Part shown: piece by piece, positions 59,594-64,000 of the stretch | Position numbering within the stretch: position 1 is the stretch's first letter | Layout of the letters: each line of letters opens with the position of its first letter | DNA from: a candidate division WWE3 bacterium RAAC2_WWE3_1 | Lineage (GTDB): Bacteria > Patescibacteriota > WWE3 > UBA101185 > UBA10185 | Assembly: GCA_000503835.1 (NCBI GenBank) | Contig: CP006914.1 | Span: 721,680 to 785,679 of the forward strand | Direction: 5' to 3' | Length of the DNA stretch: 64,000 bases | Program-made: the position numbers and the translations under genes | The notes under the pieces: model-generated | Database searches by the model: none | Seen by the model: the letters and a program-made list of their open reading frames with translations, nothing else | Told to the model about the DNA's origin: nothing

Positions 59594-59896
59594 ATGGCTT
59601 CAGCAGCTAAAATAAAACCGCTTTTTGATTATTTATTGGTCGAGCCTATGCAAAAGGACACGACACTTCCGTCAGGTATTGTTATTCCTGATACGGCAAA
59701 GGAAAAACCCCTGGAAGGCAAGGTTGTATCTGTAGGTTCGGGTAAAAGAGATGAATCCGGGAACAGGATTCCCATGGAAATTAAAGCCGGAGATGTAGTT
59801 ATGTACAAGAAATGGGGTGGAACCGAAATTAAATTAGATGGAAAAGATATGCTTCTTATTAAAGAGGAAGATATTTTAGCTATAGTTGAGGGTTAA
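59594..59896 (+). CDS. groES: Co-chaperonin GroES
   Basis: IKPL.D, SGIVIPDTAKEKP and EEDILA. Confidence 0.97.
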   Translation: MASAAKIKPLFDYLLVEPMQKDTTLPSGIVIPDTAKEKPLEGKVVSVGSGKRDESGNRIPMEIKAGDVVMYKKWGGTEIKLDGKDMLLIKEEDILAIVEG

Positions 59897-59908
59897 AGGA
59901 GGAATTAT

Positions 59909-61558
59909 ATGGCAGTAAAAAACATAATCTATGGAGACGCCGCGAGAATGAAACTTAAAGCAGGTGTCGATAAGCTAGCGAAGGCCGTGGCGACGACGCT
60001 CGGGCCCAAGGGAGGAAATGTTGCTTTGGATAAGAGTTGGGGAACGCCCGCTGTTGTACACGACGGTGTTACCGTAGCCAAAGAGATTGAGCTTGAAGAC
60101 AAGTTCGAAAACATGGGCGCTCAGATTGTAAAAGAAGCCGCCTCAAAGACAAACGATGTAGCAGGTGACGGAACCACAACAGCAACCGTACTTGCACAGG
60201 CGATAGTTGAAGCCGGACTGAAAAATATCTCAGCCGGAGCCAACGCAATGATGGTAAAAAGGGGTCTGGAAAAGGCCGTTGATGCAGTGGTTGAAGAGAT
60301 TAAGCACATGTCTAAGAAGATTTCCAGCAAGGAAGAAAGAGTGCAGGTAGCAACTATTTCAGCACAAAGCGAGGAAATCGGAAAAATAATAGCCGATGCC
60401 ATGGAAAAAGTCGGAGAGCAGGGTGTCATTACCGTGGACGAATCCAAAGGTTTTGATATTGAGCTCGAATACAAGGAGGGAATGCAATTCGATAAAGGTT
60501 ATTCTTCACCCTATTTTGTTACTAATCCCGATAAAATGGAGTCGATAGTGGAGGAACCCTACATTTTGGTTACAGATTCCAAGATTTCAGGTATGCAGGA
60601 TTTACTGCCAATGCTTGAAAGCTTTGTTAAGGTGTCCAAGAATTTGGTGATAATCGCTGAAGATGTTGAGGGGGAGGCCCTGGCAACTTTGGTAGTAAAC
60701 AAATTAAGAGGCGTTTTAAATGTATTGGCAGTAAAAGCTCCGGGCTTTGGTGATAGAAGAAAGGCTATGATGGAGGATATCGCTATATTGACCGGCGCCA
60801 GCTTTGTGAGCCAGGAAACAGGAAGAAAGCTTGATTCGATAACGATAGATGATCTCGGCAGGGCAGACAGGATAATCGCCGACAAGGACAATACCACAAT
60901 AGTCGGGGGAAAAGGCGACTCAAAAGAACTTCAGGAAAGACTTAAACAGATAAGAACACAGATTGAACAAGGCACATCCGATTACGACAAGGATAAGATG
61001 AAAGAAAGGCTCGCTAAGCTAAGCGGAGGGGTCGCCGTAATAAAAGTCGGAGCAGCCACCGAAGCTGAGTTGAAAGAGCTGAAACTAAGAGTTGAAGATG
61101 CCGTAAATGCCACAAAAGCAGCAGTAGAAGAAGGAATAGTACCCGGCGGCGGCATCACTTTCCTTAACGTCAGAAAAGCCATCGATAAACTTGAGTTGCA
61201 GGGAGATGAAAATACAGGAGCTAAAATTCTCAACGAAAGTCTGGAAAAACCGGCTCGTTTACTGATCAGAAACACCGGTGCTGATGACGGGAAAATTTTA
61301 GCCGAAATCGAAAGAAGGATGGTTGATGAAAAGAATACGAACATAGGTTACAACGTGGTAAAGATGTCTTTTGTCGATATGGTTCTTGACGGGATCATAG
61401 ACCCTGCCAAAGTTGCACGAAGTGCTTTACAGAACGCGGTTTCTGCGGCGACTATGATACTCACTACAGAATGTCTTGTTGCAGAAGCTCCGAAAAAAGA
61501 TGACTCGAAACCCGGTAATCCCGGAATGGGCGGAATGGACATGGACGGAATGATGTAA
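59909..61558 (+). CDS. groEL: Chaperonin GroEL
   Basis: [14 protein letters not shown] and a GGM tail. Confidence 0.98.
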   Translation: MAVKNIIYGDAARMKLKAGVDKLAKAVATTLGPKGGNVALDKSWGTPAVVHDGVTVAKEIELEDKFENMGAQIVKEAASKTNDVAGDGTTTATVLAQAIVEAGLKNISAGANAMMVKRGLEKAVDAVVEEIKHMSKKISSKEERVQVATISAQSEEIGKIIADAMEKVGEQGVITVDESKGFDIELEYKEGMQFDKGYSSPYFVTNPDKMESIVEEPYILVTDSKISGMQDLLPMLESFVKVSKNLVIIAEDVEGEALATLVVNKLRGVLNVLAVKAPGFGDRRKAMMEDIAILTGASFVSQETGRKLDSITIDDLGRADRIIADKDNTTIVGGKGDSKELQERLKQIRTQIEQGTSDYDKDKMKERLAKLSGGVAVIKVGAATEAELKELKLRVEDAVNATKAAVEEGIVPGGGITFLNVRKAIDKLELQGDENTGAKILNESLEKPARLLIRNTGADDGKILAEIERRMVDEKNTNIGYNVVKMSFVDMVLDGIIDPAKVARSALQNAVSAATMILTTECLVAEAPKKDDSKPGNPGMGGMDMDGMM

Positions 61559-61588
61559 ACTTTTACTTTTAAAGTAAGGTCAGCAAAC

Positions 61589-61617
61589 GGAGGGCGCCGC
61601 ACGGCGCTCTTCTTTTT
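61589..61617 (+). terminator. Intrinsic terminator after groEL
   Basis: GGAGGGCGCC/GGCGCTCTTC stem followed by a T-run. Confidence 0.7.
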
Positions 61618-61622
61618 ACCGA

Positions 61623-62528
61623 TTATCCGGATACTTTTAATCTTTTTAACGAGGACTTGTAAGCCTCCATAATCCTGGGGGAGTTATCGTTCTTGTTAAA
61701 GTGAATTATGTGGGATTTCAGCACTTCCGTAGTAACTTTCTTTTTCATGTATACCATCTGAGACCGCTTTGCAATTTTTTCCAAGGCATTAAGAAGGATT
61801 CCGCTGTTTTTTCGTTTGACCTTTGCGGGGTAGTTAATTTTAAAATTCGGAAAATACTCTGAAACCCAACTGTTTTCTTTCATAAACTGCAGGTAAGTGT
61901 CGGATTTGTCCACAACGGGTTGCATTATAACTATGTCCGAAGCCACAAAAATATTTCTCCTGTCTTTGTCCCAGGCCATTTTCGTTTCGTCCATAAAGAG
62001 GTTTGTGCAGAAACTACCCGGTTGTCCGTCATACTCAGGATGTTTTTTTAACATTTTTAGAATCAAAGCCACAAAACCGCGCGTCAGCCAAACCCTGTTC
62101 TTACCCGTAATTATTAGTAGATCGATATCGGAATCTTTTTCCGGATTATAGGCAGCCAAAGACCCGGTAACGGCGATCATCTTTATCCAGGGAATTCCTC
62201 CGAGAAATCTGAGCAACCGGGCATTTTCGTTAAAGATTCTTGTGGCGTGTTTGTATTTCCAAAGCCAGTTTGTATATTTTTCACCGCAGATTTCGTATTT
62301 TCCGTATCTTTTCCTCACCCAATTTTCTTTTATTAAATTGTTTATGGACTCTCTAAGTTTTTTTCCTTCAGTAACTTTTGGTGAAATTAAAAAAGTCGAG
62401 ATCTGGAAGAAACTCATCGGGTATAGGAATATTGACCGGTAGGCAAGCGTACGCTTAATTGCTTTTGCCGTTTCCTTTCTGGTACTTTTTTTCATTTTAG
62501 CGGTCCTTGGGGGAGTATTGGTAAGCAT
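61623..62528 (-). CDS. Hypothetical protein with a nucleotidyltransferase-like motif
   Basis: VTGS.A......SDIDL (GS-DxD). Confidence 0.7.
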   Translation of the reverse strand: MLTNTPPRTAKMKKSTRKETAKAIKRTLAYRSIFLYPMSFFQISTFLISPKVTEGKKLRESINNLIKENWVRKRYGKYEICGEKYTNWLWKYKHATRIFNENARLLRFLGGIPWIKMIAVTGSLAAYNPEKDSDIDLLIITGKNRVWLTRGFVALILKMLKKHPEYDGQPGSFCTNLFMDETKMAWDKDRRNIFVASDIVIMQPVVDKSDTYLQFMKENSWVSEYFPNFKINYPAKVKRKNSGILLNALEKIAKRSQMVYMKKKVTTEVLKSHIIHFNKNDNSPRIMEAYKSSLKRLKVSG

Positions 62529-62916
62529 CTAAGGCTTTGTTGACCAAAAGGTCGGCGTCCTGATTATTTTCTCTTAGTACGTGGTTAAATTCTATTTCTT
62601 TGAATTTTGATGCCAAATCTTCGGCTGTTTGCCATAATACTTTAAGATCGGCATTCTTAACTTTATATTCCCTTCTCATTTGCTTTACAATCAGCTCGCT
62701 GTCCAGTCGACAGTCGAGTTGCGTAATGTTTCTTTCCAGGGCTGCTTTTAAACCTTCTATCAGAGCTGTGTATTCCGCCTGGTTGTTAGTGGCTTTTCCG
62801 ATGTACGTGCCCATTTCAAAAACTTTTTCTTTTTTTTCGTCTCGTATCACAATACCTATTCCGGAGGGTCCTGGATTGCCACGTGCACCGCCGTCAGTGT
62901 TCATCACATATCTCAT
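62497..62916 (-). CDS. rnhA: Ribonuclease HI (archaeal-like type)
   Basis: TDGGARGNPG, TNNQAEY, DSEL and HV.RE.N..AD. Confidence 0.92.
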   Translation of the reverse strand: MRYVMNTDGGARGNPGPSGIGIVIRDEKKEKVFEMGTYIGKATNNQAEYTALIEGLKAALERNITQLDCRLDSELIVKQMRREYKVKNADLKVLWQTAEDLASKFKEIEFNHVLRENNQDADLLVNKALDAYQYSPKDR

Positions 62917-63518
62917 TTCAGATACTCCTTTAAAGCTATTTTCAGGAGAGAAATTGTCAGACCGGCTAACAAACCACCCAACACATAGTTTATAAAAGGT
63001 CTTTGTTCCTGCCTTAACACAGGTTCGTCCGAAAGGGAGGTCACGGATATATTTTCGTCCGTTCCTGCGCTGATCTTTTCACCGGTCTCAAGGAATTTTG
63101 ATGAAATTGCCGTAAAGGTATTTAGGGATCTGGCATAGTCATAATCAGTCACGGATAGAGTAATAACCTGAGGCCCGTTCTTCGATACTCTGTAGCTTCT
63201 GGAAAGTTTTCTAATGTTAATGTCCGTTACGGGAAATCCTAATTCGCTCAAGACCCTCCTTTTCAGGTCCTGACTTTCAAGGAGGGCAATTGCTGTATTC
63301 GTGTACGATTGTGCTGTTTGCTGGGCGTAGTAACCTTCGTATGTAAAAAACTCAGTGCTCGGTTTATCGGCCGCCCTGCCTACAAAATAAGAAATTTCGG
63401 CCTTAAATTTACCCGGAAGAAAGGACACAGCCAGACCCAAAAGTCCCCCGCAAATTATAAATAATCCGATTTCGCGCCGTTTTTTGTTCAGTATTTTCAT
63501 TATTTCCTTTAGTTCCAT
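62913..63518 (-). CDS. Wzz/CapA-like chain-length determinant
   Basis: MEL.E...IL, two flanking TMs and a periplasmic helical region. Confidence 0.6.
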   Translation of the reverse strand: MELKEIMKILNKKRREIGLFIICGGLLGLAVSFLPGKFKAEISYFVGRAADKPSTEFFTYEGYYAQQTAQSYTNTAIALLESQDLKRRVLSELGFPVTDINIRKLSRSYRVSKNGPQVITLSVTDYDYARSLNTFTAISSKFLETGEKISAGTDENISVTSLSDEPVLRQEQRPFINYVLGGLLAGLTISLLKIALKEYLK

Positions 63519-63527
63519 AGGTGCCTT

Positions 63528-63648
63528 CTGAATTAGAGATCCAAATTCATGCCTGAATTAGAGACCCAAATTCATGCCTGAATTAGAGACCCAAATTCAT
63601 GCCTGAATTATAGCAATAAATTCACTACATGAATTGTAGCAACAAATC
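63528..63648. repeat. 25-bp tandem repeat (three near-perfect plus two degenerate units), each with a TGAATT...AATTCA inverted repeat
   Basis: CTGAATTAGAGA(T/C)CCAAATTCATGC x3 from 63528, then decayed copies. Confidence 0.9.
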
Positions 63649-63731
63649 GCCGATTTAGAGTAACAAATCATTGTGTCAGCAGTCCGCTTTTGGTTATACT
63701 TATAACCAGAATTTGTTAAGAAACTGCCCTA

Positions 63732-64000
63732 ATGGTCAAAAATCAGTCCATTAAAAAAAATTCGCTCGCCCCGACGATCTTAGTCAGCGGCGGCGCAGGA
63801 TTTATAGGATCTCATCTTGTTGAGGCACTGCTTGCTAACGGAGCTAAGGTTCTGGTGGCAGACAATTTTAACACCGGAAAAGAAATCCACGTCAAACACC
63901 TCCTTTCAAACCCCAACTTTGCTCTTTTTAACGTTGACATTAATGAAGGTCTTCCGCCTGAAATCGAGAGTGTCGACTATGTTTTCCATATGGCCGGACT
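63732..64000 (+). CDS. NAD-dependent epimerase/dehydratase, 3'-truncated by window edge
   Basis: LVSGGAGFIGSHL...DNF.TG...DYVFHMAG. Confidence 0.9.
   Translation, partial: MVKNQSIKKNSLAPTILVSGGAGFIGSHLVEALLANGAKVLVADNFNTGKEIHVKHLLSNPNFALFNVDINEGLPPEIESVDYVFHMAG

Noticed and set aside
59929-61602. Series of antisense ORFs over groEL (similarly over rpoD, sufB and ftsH)
   Set aside because: Typical antisense shadows produced by codon bias in conserved genes.
63528-63648. Possible CRISPR array
   Set aside because: Units are head-to-tail with no unique spacers, and there are no cas genes.
1-64000. Alternative genetic code (UGA=Gly)
   Set aside because: Conserved genes are full-length under code 11 and several end at TGA at the expected position, e.g. 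alaS and the AlkD-like gene.

Overview
Bacterial chromosome segment. Standard genetic code: long conserved ORFs are intact and several end in TGA. Gene content and style suggest Patescibacteria/CPR, Microgenomates/WWE3-like; this is inference. The evidence is many apparently leaderless genes, a short AlaRS, and many membrane glycosyltransferases. Core genes: dnaG-rpoD, a complete ArsR-sufCBDSU-ferredoxin operon, trpS, ftsH, tatD, alaS, groES/EL, RNase H, cell-envelope genes and six tRNA genes. The main accessory feature is a ~10 kb defence island (25165-35149) integrated at the 3' end of a tRNA-Asn(GTT) gene. That tRNA is itself split inside the anticodon by a 569-nt group I intron carrying an HNH endonuclease. 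The island encodes a PHP-ATPase, a HEPN-like TIGR02391 protein, a LexA-methyltransferase fusion heading a type IIS-like RM operon, and a structured leader RNA with antisense-like complementarity. Other oddities: (1) a tRNA locus with a duplicated 5' half that reads either TAC (Val) or TAT; (2) ~210-bp structured mini-elements that duplicate the 3' ends of tRNA-Ser and tRNA-Cys; (3) a sortase-like enzyme next to a substrate with a non-LPxTG signal; (4) stand-alone small-gene cassettes sharing promoter and terminator motifs, plus a dif-like site; (5) a CIRCE-like box in front of a tyrosine recombinase. All family calls come from motif recognition by eye; no database searches were run.
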